Of a stretch of 64,000 nt of DNA, positions 19,669 through 29,638 are shown piece after piece. This DNA is from an uncultured Anaerolineaceae bacterium (GTDB lineage: Bacteria > Planctomycetota > Phycisphaerae > FEN-1346 > JAACEH01). Each line of letters begins with the position of its first letter. The stretch's first letter is position 1. The translations under genes were made by a program, and so were the position numbers. The notes beneath the pieces are model-generated. The model was not told the DNA's origin. It saw only the letters and a list, made by a program, of their open reading frames with translations, and searched no databases. Location: assembly GCA_964500225.1 (NCBI GenBank), contig CAZCOA010000009.1, positions 195-64,194 on the forward strand, in the 5' to 3' direction.

Positions 19669-19712
19669 CGGGCCGCTGCGGCTGTCCGCTTCGGCAAGGG
19701 AAGGAGACCGAC

Positions 19713-20813
19713 ATGGAAGTGCCTCTTCTGGACCTCAAGGCGCAGTACGCGACGCTTCGCGACGAGATTCGTCCGGCCATTGACGAGGTGCTGGACAGCC
19801 AGCAATGCATTGGCGGGCCGAAGGTGACGGAGCTGGAGAAGGCGGTGGCGGCGTACAGCAAGTGCACGTTCGCCATCGGCGCCTCCAGCGGCACGGACGC
19901 GATCCTCAACGCGCTGATGAGTCTGGACATCGGTCCGGGCGACGAGGTGATCACGACGCCGTACACGTTCTTCGCGACGGGGGGGTGCATTGCCCGAACG
20001 GGTGCGACGCCGGTGTTCGTGGACATTGACCCGAAGACGTACAACATCAACCCGAAGCTGATTCCGGGCGCCATCACCGACAAGACCAAAGCGATCATCC
20101 CGGTTCATTTGTACGGGCAGATGGCGGACATGGACCCGATTCTGGCGGCGGCATGCGACCGGCAGATTGCGGTGATCGAGGATGCGGCCCAGAGCATCGG
20201 ATCGGAGTACCGTGGGAAGAAGGCGGGCTCGATGGGCACGTGCGGATGCTTCTCGTTTTTCCCGTCGAAGAACCTGGGCGGCGTGGGCGACGGCGGCATG
20301 ATCGTCACGAACGATGCGGTTCTGGCCGAGCGGTGCAACGTCATGCGGAACCACGGGTCGAAGCCGAAGTACTTCCACAAGTATATCGGCGGCAACTTCC
20401 GGCTGGATCCGATTCAGGCGGCGGCGTTGCTCGTGAAGCTGAAGTACCTGCCGCAATGGCACGAGGCCCGTCGGGCCAATGCGGCGTACTACGATCGGAA
20501 GTTCGCCGGCGTGGACGGCATTGTGACGCCGTACATCGAGCCGTGGAACTACACGATCTACAATCAGTACGTGATCCGGGTGCCGAACCGCGACCGCGTC
20601 ATGGCGCACCTGAAGGAGAAGAAGGTCGGGTGCGAGGTGTACTATCCGCTGCCGCTTCATTTGCAGGAGTGCTTCGCCTATCTGGGGTACCGCGAAGGGT
20701 CGATGCCCGAGGCGGAGAAGGCGGCCAAAGAGACCTTGGCGTTGCCGATCTATCCGGAACTGACCGACGAAATGAAAGATTACGTGGTGGCGAGCGTCAT
20801 CGAGGCGCTGTAG
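19713..20813 (+). CDS. DegT/DnrJ/EryC1/StrS PLP-dependent aminotransferase, WlbC/WbpE-like
   Basis: ATG at 19713 follows GGAAGGAG. N-terminus [21 protein letters not shown] contains the PLP-binding Lys. The ORF-track start at 19647 overlaps the previous gene. Confidence 0.85.
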   Translation: MEVPLLDLKAQYATLRDEIRPAIDEVLDSQQCIGGPKVTELEKAVAAYSKCTFAIGASSGTDAILNALMSLDIGPGDEVITTPYTFFATGGCIARTGATPVFVDIDPKTYNINPKLIPGAITDKTKAIIPVHLYGQMADMDPILAAACDRQIAVIEDAAQSIGSEYRGKKAGSMGTCGCFSFFPSKNLGGVGDGGMIVTNDAVLAERCNVMRNHGSKPKYFHKYIGGNFRLDPIQAAALLVKLKYLPQWHEARRANAAYYDRKFAGVDGIVTPYIEPWNYTIYNQYVIRVPNRDRVMAHLKEKKVGCEVYYPLPLHLQECFAYLGYREGSMPEAEKAAKETLALPIYPELTDEMKDYVVASVIEAL

Positions 20814-20834
20814 CCGTCTTGAAGGGGGCGAACC

Positions 20835-21803
20835 GTGACGACGGCCCTGGTCACCGGCGGCGCCGGGTTCATCGGGTCGCACCTGGTCGAGCGGTTGCTG
20901 GGCGAGGGCTACGCGGTCCGGGTGCTGGACGATTTCTCGACGGGTCGCCGCGAGAACCTGTCGTCGGTGGCTGGACATGAGAGGCTGAGCGTGATCGCAG
21001 GCAGCGTCACCGACGCTGCCTGCGTCGCTACGGCGATGCGCGGCGTGGAGGCGGTGTACCATCTGGCGGCGGCCGTGGGCGTGAAACTGATCGTCGCGCA
21101 ACCGGTGCGGACGCTGGAGACGAACGTGCGCGGCACCGAGACGGTGCTGGCCGAGGCATCGCGGGCGGGGGTGCAGCGGTTCTTTCTGGCTTCCTCGAGC
21201 GAGGTGTACGGCAAGAGCAACCGCATCCCGTTCGACGAGGACGACGACCTGCTGATCGGCTCGAGCCGTTATTGTCGCTGGGGCTACGCGTGCAGCAAGG
21301 CGGTGGCGGAGTTTCTGGCGGTGGCCTATGCGCGGGAGCGCGGGCTGCCGCTGGTGGTGGGGCGGCTCTTCAACACGATCGGGCCGCGGCAGGTGGGGGC
21401 CTATGGCATGGTGGTGCCGCGGTTCGTCCAGGCGGCGCTGGCAGGCGAGCCGCTGGAGGTGTACGGCACGGGACGTCAGACGCGGTCGTTCATCGACGTG
21501 CGCGACATGGTGGAGGGGATCCACCGGCTGACGGACCGCGCGGGCCCGGAGCCGCTGATCGTGAACCTGGGCGGGGAGCAGGAGATAGCGATTGCGGACC
21601 TGGCGGCCCGGGTGATACGGCTGACGGGGTCGTCGAGCGAGGTGCGTCAGGTGAGCTACGAGGCGGCCTACGGGGAGGCGATTGACGACATGGAGCGGCG
21701 CTGCCCGTCGCTTGTCCGCGCGCGGGTGGTGCTGGGGTCGGCCTGGCCGCACGTGTCGTTGGATGCCTCTCTAAAAGCAATTATTGCCGATTTTCGGTCG
21801 TGA
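20835..21803 (+). CDS. NAD-dependent epimerase/dehydratase (extended SDR; specificity unknown)
   Basis: [38 protein letters not shown]. Confidence 0.75.
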   Translation: MTTALVTGGAGFIGSHLVERLLGEGYAVRVLDDFSTGRRENLSSVAGHERLSVIAGSVTDAACVATAMRGVEAVYHLAAAVGVKLIVAQPVRTLETNVRGTETVLAEASRAGVQRFFLASSSEVYGKSNRIPFDEDDDLLIGSSRYCRWGYACSKAVAEFLAVAYARERGLPLVVGRLFNTIGPRQVGAYGMVVPRFVQAALAGEPLEVYGTGRQTRSFIDVRDMVEGIHRLTDRAGPEPLIVNLGGEQEIAIADLAARVIRLTGSSSEVRQVSYEAAYGEAIDDMERRCPSLVRARVVLGSAWPHVSLDASLKAIIADFRS

Positions 21804-21903
21804 CGGGACGGGCCTGCGGGCGCCGGGTCCACATCGCAAAGTGCCATATCAGCACGGGCGGGGCAGCGACGGACTGGAAATAGGCTGCTGTCCCTCTGTA
21901 GGG

Positions 21904-23040
21904 ATGCCGATACACACTAGGTTTTGCCGTGGGCGGTCGGAAGGTAGCCAGTTGACCAGGATCGTGACCATTGTCGGGGCTCGGCCTCAGTTCATCAAGG
22001 CGGCCGCCGTGAGCCGCGCGATTGCCCGCTGGAACGCCTCGTGCGCGGGTGGCGGGTCGCGCGGCATCGAGGAACTGCTCGTTCACACCGGACAGCACTA
22101 CGACGAGAACATGTCGGAGGTGTTTTTCGAGGAGTTGGCGATACCGCGGCCGCTGGTGAACCTGGGGGTCCGCTCGTCGCGGCACGGCGAGCAGACGGGC
22201 CGGATGTTGTCGGGGATCGAGACGGTGCTGTTGGAGCAGCCGCCGGACGTGGTGCTGGTCTATGGGGACACAAACTCGACGCTGGCCGGGGCTCTGGCGG
22301 CGGCGAAGTTGCACGTGCCCGTGGCTCACGTCGAGGCGGGGCTTCGCAGTTACAACCGTCGCATGCCCGAAGAGATCAACCGCGTGGTGACCGATCACGT
22401 GTCACAGTGGCTGTTCTGCCCGACGTCGGCGGCCGTGGAGAACCTGCGCCGGGAGGGCATCACGGCGAACGTCCACCAGGTGGGCGACGTGATGTACGAT
22501 TCGGTGCTCGCCAGCCGCGAGGTGGCGAACCGCCGCAGCGACGTTCTTCGCCGGCTCGGCCTGTCGGCGGGCGGCTATTGCCTGGCAACGGTCCACCGGG
22601 CGGAGAACACGGACGATCCGCGGCGGCTGAAGTCGATTCTGGCGGCACTGCGACAAATGGAGCGGCCGGTGGTGTTGCCGCTGCACCCGCGGACGCGTCG
22701 GGCTCTGGGCGACGCGCCGGACGAGGATCTGGGGCGGCTGCGGGTGATCGATCCGGTGTCGTACCTGGACATGCTGGCCCTGGAGTCGCATGCGTCGCTG
22801 GTGCTGACGGACTCGGGCGGCGTGCAGAAAGAGGCGTTCTTCTGCGGCGTGCCGTGCGTGACGCTGCGAGACGAGACGGAGTGGGTCGAGCTGGTGGAGA
22901 CGGGGTGGAACCAGGTGGCCGGGACGGAGACGGAGGAGATTTTGGAGGCTGTATCGCGAGCGGGCCCGGGCCGCACGGCGGCCCCGTACGGCGACGGCCG
23001 TGCGGCCGAGCGGATCGTCGGCATCTTGGCCGGACTATGA
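21904..23040 (+). CDS. UDP-N-acetylglucosamine (or UDP-diNAc-uronate) 2-epimerase, WecB/WlbD/WbpI-like
   Basis: IVTIVGARPQFIKAAAV, HTGQHYD, GDTNSTLAGALAA, HVEAGLRS, SGGVQKEA. The start may instead be TTG at 21952. Confidence 0.85.
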   Translation: MPIHTRFCRGRSEGSQLTRIVTIVGARPQFIKAAAVSRAIARWNASCAGGGSRGIEELLVHTGQHYDENMSEVFFEELAIPRPLVNLGVRSSRHGEQTGRMLSGIETVLLEQPPDVVLVYGDTNSTLAGALAAAKLHVPVAHVEAGLRSYNRRMPEEINRVVTDHVSQWLFCPTSAAVENLRREGITANVHQVGDVMYDSVLASREVANRRSDVLRRLGLSAGGYCLATVHRAENTDDPRRLKSILAALRQMERPVVLPLHPRTRRALGDAPDEDLGRLRVIDPVSYLDMLALESHASLVLTDSGGVQKEAFFCGVPCVTLRDETEWVELVETGWNQVAGTETEEILEAVSRAGPGRTAAPYGDGRAAERIVGILAGL

Positions 23041-23115
23041 CGGACGGGCAAGGACGTCCTGACCGGGTAGGCCGTTCAGACCCATGTCCGCCGCCACGCC
23101 GGCACGAGTTAGGGT

Positions 23116-23144
23116 TTGACCCGATATGGGCGGCGATGTAAAAT
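23116..23144 (+). promoter_or_regulatory. Sigma70-like promoter candidate: TTGACC, 17-nt spacer, TAAAAT
   Basis: TTGACC at 23116-23121 and TAAAAT at 23139-23144, 47 nt upstream of the Wzy-like start. Confidence 0.35.
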
Positions 23145-23190
23145 CCGGCGTTGCGAGGATTTACCCAGGTTCTCACAGGCGATAGCGGCT

Positions 23191-24483
23191 ATGATATTAT
23201 TCCGGCTCGTTCTTGTTGTGGCGATTCTGGCGTTGGCGCTGATCACTGTTCGACGCCACTCCATTCCTGCAGCCTTCGTTCTGGCCGGGTTCTCGCTGCT
23301 GCTGGTGGCCCAGTACTACGCCGGCCTTCAACGGTGGGTGGTTTACTTCGAGGGTATCTTCCTCATGTACGGCATTCTGGTTGCCTGGCTGAGCTATCCG
23401 GCCTGGCACCGGCTGTGGTCGCCTTTTGTGGGGATTGTGTTGTTCGTTGTGCTGATAATGGCCTTTGGGCTGCAATACACGAGTAACTACGACTATGGTT
23501 GGACCAAGATGCAGCAGTTCCTCGCCCTCGCGGTGATGCTGGTGCTGTCGGGGCAACTCCTCATGGACTCCCAGAAGGGTATGAAGGAACTGGCCCTCGT
23601 CATTGCCATCGTTTCCCTGGCCACCTACGCTGCGCACTTCGTTTTCATCGGCGGCGATCCGATCCGCTTCATGGGCATTGCCCGGTACAGCGAACTCGGC
23701 AACCCGATCGCCATTTCCCGAAGCGTGGGGATCGGCGTGCTGACGTTCATTTACCTGCTGGTCGCACGCCATTCGCGGTTCGGTCTGCCCCTCTGGCTTG
23801 CCGGGATCGCCGCGGGCATCGTGATCATGGTCCTGACGGCCTCTCGCGGACCGTTTCTGTCGTTTGTCGCAGCCGTGATTGCCGCCTACGGCCTGCGAAC
23901 GCGTAAACTGCTGATCGGTTCGATGGCCCTGTTGCTGGTCTTTTTGATAGGGTACGTCGTCTTGACCGAGTACGCCCCTCCGGCCGTGTACGACCGGCTG
24001 GTCAGGTCGACGACAGGGGGCACCGACCCGACGATGTCGGGAAGAACACGTTTGTGGGCTTTGGGGCTCGAACAAGCGGCCGAAAACCCGTTTCTTGGTA
24101 ACGGTACCGGCGGCTATAACAAGGTGGGGACCGCTCTGGCGTACCCACACAATCTCTTCATTGAGCTGTGCGTGGAACACGGCGTGTGGGGTCTTCTGGC
24201 CAGCGTGCTGCTGCTGGCCTATTTCATGAAGTATCTCGTTCGCTGCTACAGGCTTCGGCCCCTGGTCGGGCCGGCTGCCGACTGGGTGGTTTCCATCGGC
24301 GTTTTCGGCATGGTCAACGCACAATTCAGTGGCGACCTGCCTGCGCAGTACGCCCTGTGGTTTGGTGTGGGGATGATGGTCGGGCTGGACCGCCTCTATT
24401 CTCCGTCGGGTTCCCTGGGCGAGACGCTGGAATATGCCCCGGAACTTCGCTCAGACAACCCCGCCATGGATGCTACAGCGTAG
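23191..24483 (+). CDS. O-antigen ligase/polymerase family membrane protein (Wzy-like)
   Basis: About 10 predicted TM segments. Wzy_C-type motifs TASRGPFLSF and AYPHNLFIELCVEHGVWGL. ATG at 23191 (MILFRLVLVV) is preferred over the track start at 23116. Confidence 0.75.
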   Translation: MILFRLVLVVAILALALITVRRHSIPAAFVLAGFSLLLVAQYYAGLQRWVVYFEGIFLMYGILVAWLSYPAWHRLWSPFVGIVLFVVLIMAFGLQYTSNYDYGWTKMQQFLALAVMLVLSGQLLMDSQKGMKELALVIAIVSLATYAAHFVFIGGDPIRFMGIARYSELGNPIAISRSVGIGVLTFIYLLVARHSRFGLPLWLAGIAAGIVIMVLTASRGPFLSFVAAVIAAYGLRTRKLLIGSMALLLVFLIGYVVLTEYAPPAVYDRLVRSTTGGTDPTMSGRTRLWALGLEQAAENPFLGNGTGGYNKVGTALAYPHNLFIELCVEHGVWGLLASVLLLAYFMKYLVRCYRLRPLVGPAADWVVSIGVFGMVNAQFSGDLPAQYALWFGVGMMVGLDRLYSPSGSLGETLEYAPELRSDNPAMDATA

Positions 24484-24552
24484 CCGGGGAAAAGGTTTCC
24501 TGCGGTTTTAATCGCGTAGAGGAAAACACAAGCTCATTGCGAAAACCGTGAC

Positions 24553-25854
24553 CTACCGTTCCGAGGCCGGCGGTCCGTCCGGATGGTCGCCGCTGCCCCG
24601 GCGCAGGATGAACACCCACAGGTACACGGCGAACGAGAGCAGACCGAAGGCTGCGCTTCCGATGCAGGTGCCCCAGGCGGCTCCCATCAGGCCGTGGGTC
24701 CATGTCAGGGCGACCACGGGAGTGGCCACCACCACCAGCTTGCTGCCGGTTAGCAACAGGATGGTTCTCTTGGTGCAGAATCGGAAGATGAAGCCGCGCG
24801 TCGTGTCGTGCAGAACCGAAACCGACGCTCCCCAGAGCATGATGCGAAAGACGGGCAGGGCCTGCTCGACCACCACCCCGTAGAACGTCCGCATCAGGAA
24901 CTCGCCGATGAAGTACGCCCCGACCAGAAACAGGGCCGATCCGCCCAGACATCCTACCATGTGCTGAATACGGGCCGACAGGGGAATCTCGTCCTTGTTG
25001 CGCTTCCGGCAGACCAGGGTGTAGATGATGCTGTTGACCTGGCCGATCGGGACGAAGAACATGCCGAGCACGGCCTCCGCGGCGAAGAAGACGGTCACCT
25101 GTTCCTTGGCGTCGAGGGCGCCCAGGGCTAGTCTGCCGGCCAGGCGCGAGGCCATGGAGATCATGGTCACGGCAGCCATGGCGGCCGAGGCCGAGGCAAC
25201 CGGACGCATCCACTCGCGGACAAACGTCTTGTGGCCGCTGATTTCGTGCCAGACGAACCAGCCTCCAACCACGAGCACCAGCGTCTGGGCAACCAAGTAA
25301 GTGGCAACGACTCCCCTCATGCCAAACCAGACGGCACAGGGAATGGCCGCCAGAAGCAGCACGCCTAATCCGCCTTCCAGGATGCTCATCAGGCCGAATC
25401 GCAGCTTGAGGCGGAGCGAGGTGAGCATGGGCACTTGGATGCCGCCAAGGATCCCGACCAGCCCGAGGGGCAGGATCAGGACCATCTGGTTCGTCAGACG
25501 GTCGGCCGGGGTGATGATGAGCATCACGGCCAGGGCCGCCAGCGCGATGATGCCCATGGCGGCCCACGTAACGCGGAGTCCGGCCTTGAGGAGGTCCGGC
25601 CATTGGTTCTTTGTGGCCGCGCTGCTGTAAAGCCTCAGAAGCCCGTCGCTTACGCCTCCGCCGGGGAATTTCAGCAGGAGTTGGCACCAGCCGAAGGCCT
25701 CGATAAACTCACCCATGGGCCCTTTGCCGAGAATCTCGATCAACTTCGGCATGAGCAGGAGCTTTTCGAGGCCGAGGCTTACCGCAGTCCCCGCAGCGCG
25801 CTTGCCCGTCATCCACGCCAGGCGAACGGTGCGGGCAATGAACGTTCTGATCAT
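24553..25854 (-). CDS. Polysaccharide flippase (Wzx / MOP superfamily)
   Basis: Polytopic protein (~12 TM) of about 433 aa starting at MIRTFIARTV. Typical Wzx size and composition. Convergent with the Wzy-like gene. Confidence 0.65.
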   Translation of the reverse strand: MIRTFIARTVRLAWMTGKRAAGTAVSLGLEKLLLMPKLIEILGKGPMGEFIEAFGWCQLLLKFPGGGVSDGLLRLYSSAATKNQWPDLLKAGLRVTWAAMGIIALAALAVMLIITPADRLTNQMVLILPLGLVGILGGIQVPMLTSLRLKLRFGLMSILEGGLGVLLLAAIPCAVWFGMRGVVATYLVAQTLVLVVGGWFVWHEISGHKTFVREWMRPVASASAAMAAVTMISMASRLAGRLALGALDAKEQVTVFFAAEAVLGMFFVPIGQVNSIIYTLVCRKRNKDEIPLSARIQHMVGCLGGSALFLVGAYFIGEFLMRTFYGVVVEQALPVFRIMLWGASVSVLHDTTRGFIFRFCTKRTILLLTGSKLVVVATPVVALTWTHGLMGAAWGTCIGSAAFGLLSFAVYLWVFILRRGSGDHPDGPPASER

Positions 25855-26203
25855 TGTTGGGCGATCCTCATCGTTGTTGCATGCCCCGGCGGAAGGCCGG
25901 ACAAGGTGTCTGACATGGTAGCAGCGACACACCGAAAAGCAAGGTGCGGGGCGGGCGCACGGGGGCGCGGCAAAGGAATTGTTGAAGGCCGCAAAGATGG
26001 CAGGCCGAAGAACTCAAGGCTTCTGGCCTCAGCGAAGCATAGAGACGATGCCGCGTGCCGAGGCCCTTTGGCGTTTTCGTTCGAGGGGTCGTCCTTGGCC
26101 GGCTTCGAAGTGGGCAGAGGTCTATTATCCGGTGGAAGGACCACTCTAGTCGGCGCCGGAGTTTTCCCACGTTCTGCTTCTGTCATGGTAAGGTCGTTTG
26201 GCG

Positions 26204-27115
26204 ATGTCGGATACACAAGCAACCCTGGCGTCCTACATGGTGTATCTTGAGCGCCGCGGGTGGCTGGTGCGCGTGGGCGACGTGCCGTGGATGCTCGCGG
26301 ATCGCCGCTTGACGCCGGCGGTTCCGCCGCACCGAATGGGGCCGGTGGACCGGACGGAGGTCCGCCGCGCGCTGCGCCAGAGCGGCGCGATTGCCGCCCT
26401 GTGGAACGACGCCTGGGACACGTCGCCTGGGCCGTGGTGGTGGGTCTGCTGCGACGACCGGCAGTACGACTTGGAGCGTATACGCAGTGGCAGCAGACGC
26501 AAGTGCGTCAAGCGAGGACTGCGCCAATGCTCTTCACGAATGATTGGGGTGGACGAACTGGGGGAAATCGGGTACGACGTATACGCTGCTGCCTTTGACA
26601 GATATGCTCCGGGCGCGAAGCCGCTGTCTCGTGAAGCCTATGTGGCGGACGTTCGGCGAAACGCCGAGTACGGCGGGCGGGAAACCTGGGGAGCGTTCGT
26701 CGGTGGTCGGCTGGCGGCCTACGCGACGTGCATCGTTGTGGACGATGTGGTTTATGTGTCGGCATCGAAGTCAAACCCTGCCATGTTCAAGTGCAACCCC
26801 AACGAAGCGCTCCGGTTTGAAATGACCAGGCATTATCTGCGGGATCGCCGGATGACCTATGTCATTAGTGGAATGCGTGTGTTGCAGCATGAGTCGAACA
26901 TACAGGAATTTCTGGAGTCAATGGGCTATCGCAAGATCTATTGCCCGCTGCGTCTGGAGATGCGTGCCGGGGTGTCGGCGGCACTGCGGCTGGGCGTGGT
27001 GCGGTGGGCCCGGATGGCTGGGATGGGCCGATGGTATCCGGGGCTGCTGAAACGGATCGAGGCGTTGGATATGGCCTATAGCATTGCGCGCATTTGCGCG
27101 TCGGAGTTTCCGTAA
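26204..27115 (+). CDS. FemAB-like / GNAT-fold (Acetyltransf_6-like) protein, resembling the PEP-CTERM-system-associated FemAB family
   Basis: About 300 aa. The C-terminal half (GGRLAAYATCIVVDDVVYVSASKSNPAMFKCNPNEALRFEMTRHY) resembles the FemAB/BioF2-like acyltransferase fold. Lies in an exosortase locus. No search could be run. Confidence 0.5.
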   Translation: MSDTQATLASYMVYLERRGWLVRVGDVPWMLADRRLTPAVPPHRMGPVDRTEVRRALRQSGAIAALWNDAWDTSPGPWWWVCCDDRQYDLERIRSGSRRKCVKRGLRQCSSRMIGVDELGEIGYDVYAAAFDRYAPGAKPLSREAYVADVRRNAEYGGRETWGAFVGGRLAAYATCIVVDDVVYVSASKSNPAMFKCNPNEALRFEMTRHYLRDRRMTYVISGMRVLQHESNIQEFLESMGYRKIYCPLRLEMRAGVSAALRLGVVRWARMAGMGRWYPGLLKRIEALDMAYSIARICASEFP

Positions 27116-27433
27116 TGCGACTTTGTCCCCAGCGGCGGACCACACAGTCCCGGCCACCGAGAGGATACCGGCGCGCGTCACAATAGGCAAGGTGGGCTTA
27201 TGAAGGAACCCTTCTGCAACCGATAGAGGAAGGGGCCGCCGGCGTGGCTGCCGCGATTCGGTGCGGGGCGCGGCGCTGGCCAGCATCGCGGGCATGCGCC
27301 GATGGCGTCCGGCACTGTTTTAGCGCATTGACGCGTTGAGTATGGTACAAGATATTGCCGAAGTTCGCGCAGGGGGCGGTTCCGTGACAACGGATCCGTC
27401 ATGATGGTAGAGTTCAATCGAGAGTGGCATCCT

Positions 27434-28324
27434 ATGGCTAAGCAGAAACGCCTGATTGTCAACGCGGACGATTTCGGCTACAATCAGGCGATTACTGATG
27501 GGATCGCTGAGGCCCATCGCGACGGCATTGTCACGTCGACGACTCTGATGGCGAACATGCCCGGAGCAGAGTACGCCTGCCGGTTGGCACCTTCACTTCC
27601 GCGGCTGTCGATTGGCATTCATTTCACGCTGACGCAGTACAAGCCGTTGCTTCCCGCGAGCGAGGTGCCATCGCTCGTCGGCCCGGACGGCCGCTTCCTC
27701 AACTCGCGGGAGGCTATTCGCAGGTCTTGTCGCTTTGGATTTGCACAGCGAGAGTTGGAGGCCGAACTGGAGGCACAAGTCCGATTCATGCTCGATCGAG
27801 GCGTGATTCCGACGCACTGGGACAGCCACCACTATTGTTGCATGTATCCTCAAACCCAACTTGCTGCACTTCGCGTTGGGAGGCGGCTGGGCATCACGAG
27901 GTGCCGCACCGGTGTGATGTCCTACTTCGTGGATCGATTGGCGGCGAGCCAGGATGACCTTCGGCGCCGGCGCCTTCGCCTGGCGCTCGCGTCGCTGCAC
28001 AGGCGGTTGTACTACATCGCAAGCCACTTCGTGGCAAGGCATGCCTTCGGGATGACGGTTCCCGACCGGTTGCATCGCCGTGACAGAATGGTTACGGATG
28101 TGAGTGACAAGAACGGCGTCGTGATGTGGCGGCGACTTGTCGGAAATGTGGCCACTGGAACCAGCGAAATGGTATGCCACCCGGGCCTGAAGCACGACGA
28201 CTCGGAGGACACCCCGGCGATGGCAGCGCAGCGTGTTCAGGAACTGGCCATTCTCACTGACCCCTCAATACGGGCGGCCATTGAGGAGAACGGCATTCAA
28301 CTGATTTCCTATTTTGAGCTGTAG
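27434..28324 (+). CDS. YdjC/ChbG-family carbohydrate deacetylase
   Basis: N-terminal signature KRLIVNADDFGYNQAITDGIAEAHRDGIVTSTTLMAN, plus an HxD/H-type metal site. Earlier in-frame ATGs at 27401 and 27404. Confidence 0.8.
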   Translation: MAKQKRLIVNADDFGYNQAITDGIAEAHRDGIVTSTTLMANMPGAEYACRLAPSLPRLSIGIHFTLTQYKPLLPASEVPSLVGPDGRFLNSREAIRRSCRFGFAQRELEAELEAQVRFMLDRGVIPTHWDSHHYCCMYPQTQLAALRVGRRLGITRCRTGVMSYFVDRLAASQDDLRRRRLRLALASLHRRLYYIASHFVARHAFGMTVPDRLHRRDRMVTDVSDKNGVVMWRRLVGNVATGTSEMVCHPGLKHDDSEDTPAMAAQRVQELAILTDPSIRAAIEENGIQLISYFEL

Positions 28325-28417
28325 CCTGTCCTGTATCCTTGGCAGGACGCCGGGCCGTCCGGCAGCGACGTGCAGTTGTGATATTCCTGTGAAGCCTGCA
28401 GTGAGGGAGACGCGAAT

Positions 28418-29602
28418 TTGCTGACGGAGAGTGCCAATCCCGACCGTCGCCGGCGCATCGTCCATATTTCGACGCTCCATCCGGCGATGGACAGCCGCAT
28501 CTTCTACCGCGAGGCGCGGACGGTCAGTGACCTGGGGTACGACGTGACGGTGTTCGGTGTCCGGGACGAGGACGCCGTCGTCGATGGCGTCCGAGTGCGC
28601 CGCCTTGGGGCTCCGAAGAGGCGTTGGGTGCGTCTCCTGACGTCGGCCGCGCGCGGCCTGGCCGTCGTGTGGCGGACCCCGGCCGACCTGTACCAGTTTC
28701 ACGACCCCGAGCTTTTGCCGGCGGCGCTGGCGGCGCGGCTGGTACTACGGAAGCGCGTTGTCTTCGACGCCCACGAAGACGTGGCCTTGCTGATGACAAA
28801 ACCCTGGATTCCCGGACCGTTGCGGCGGCCGATCACCTGGCTGATGGGCAAATTCGATTGGTTCTGCGCGCGAACGCTCGACGGCATCGTCACCACATCG
28901 GAGGAGCAGAACGAAGGGTACTCTCGCTACGCGCGCCGTGCCGTACGGTTCCTCAATTTTCCGGCACCGAGATTTCTGGAACAACGGGACGCGGCCTGGA
29001 GGCCCTATGCGGAGCGCGGGCAGGAGGTTGTCCATCTCGGCACACTCTCCACGCCGCGGTTGGAGTTCCTCGTGCGCATGGCGGGCGAGTTCCTGCGGGA
29101 CCATCCGCAATGGAGATGGACTTTTGTGGGCCTCTTCCCCGAGCAGGAAGCCTGGTTCCGGGAGCACGTGCACGGCGACGTGGCCCCGCGCCTGCGAGGG
29201 TTGGGCAAGGTCCATCACATGGAGGTGGCAGCCATACTGTGCGGGGCCGCGATCGGGGTCAATTTCCACCCCGTGGGCGCGCCGCACTTGCAGCGAGTGA
29301 TTCCATTGAAGGTGTTTGAGTACCTGGCATGTGGGTTGCCGACGGTGACGACGCGCGTCCGGGCGTTGGTCAACCTAGTGAAGGACTGCCCCGCCGTGAC
29401 GTTTGCCGACGAGGACGCCGCGGCCTATGGTGCGACCCTGAAGGCTTTGGCGGCGCGCAGCGACCGTGCCGCCCTGAGTGAGCAGGCCCGGCAGTTCAGC
29501 GACGAGCGGTTCAACTGCCGACGCGAGGGCGAGCAACTAGCGGCCATGTACGAGGCAATCTGGCGCGGCGAGCCCGGGCTGTCGGCCCCGCTCAGGCAGT
29601 GA
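28418..29602 (+). CDS. Glycosyltransferase, GT4 (GT-B) family
   Basis: N-terminal RRIVHISTLHP...FYREARTVSDLGYDVTVFG. C-terminal E-x7-E-like region (LKVFEYLACGLPTV). TTG start. Confidence 0.7.
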   Translation: MLTESANPDRRRRIVHISTLHPAMDSRIFYREARTVSDLGYDVTVFGVRDEDAVVDGVRVRRLGAPKRRWVRLLTSAARGLAVVWRTPADLYQFHDPELLPAALAARLVLRKRVVFDAHEDVALLMTKPWIPGPLRRPITWLMGKFDWFCARTLDGIVTTSEEQNEGYSRYARRAVRFLNFPAPRFLEQRDAAWRPYAERGQEVVHLGTLSTPRLEFLVRMAGEFLRDHPQWRWTFVGLFPEQEAWFREHVHGDVAPRLRGLGKVHHMEVAAILCGAAIGVNFHPVGAPHLQRVIPLKVFEYLACGLPTVTTRVRALVNLVKDCPAVTFADEDAAAYGATLKALAARSDRAALSEQARQFSDERFNCRREGEQLAAMYEAIWRGEPGLSAPLRQ

Positions 29603-29638
29603 GGCACACGCCCGCATACCCAACGGCGGAGGAGACAC

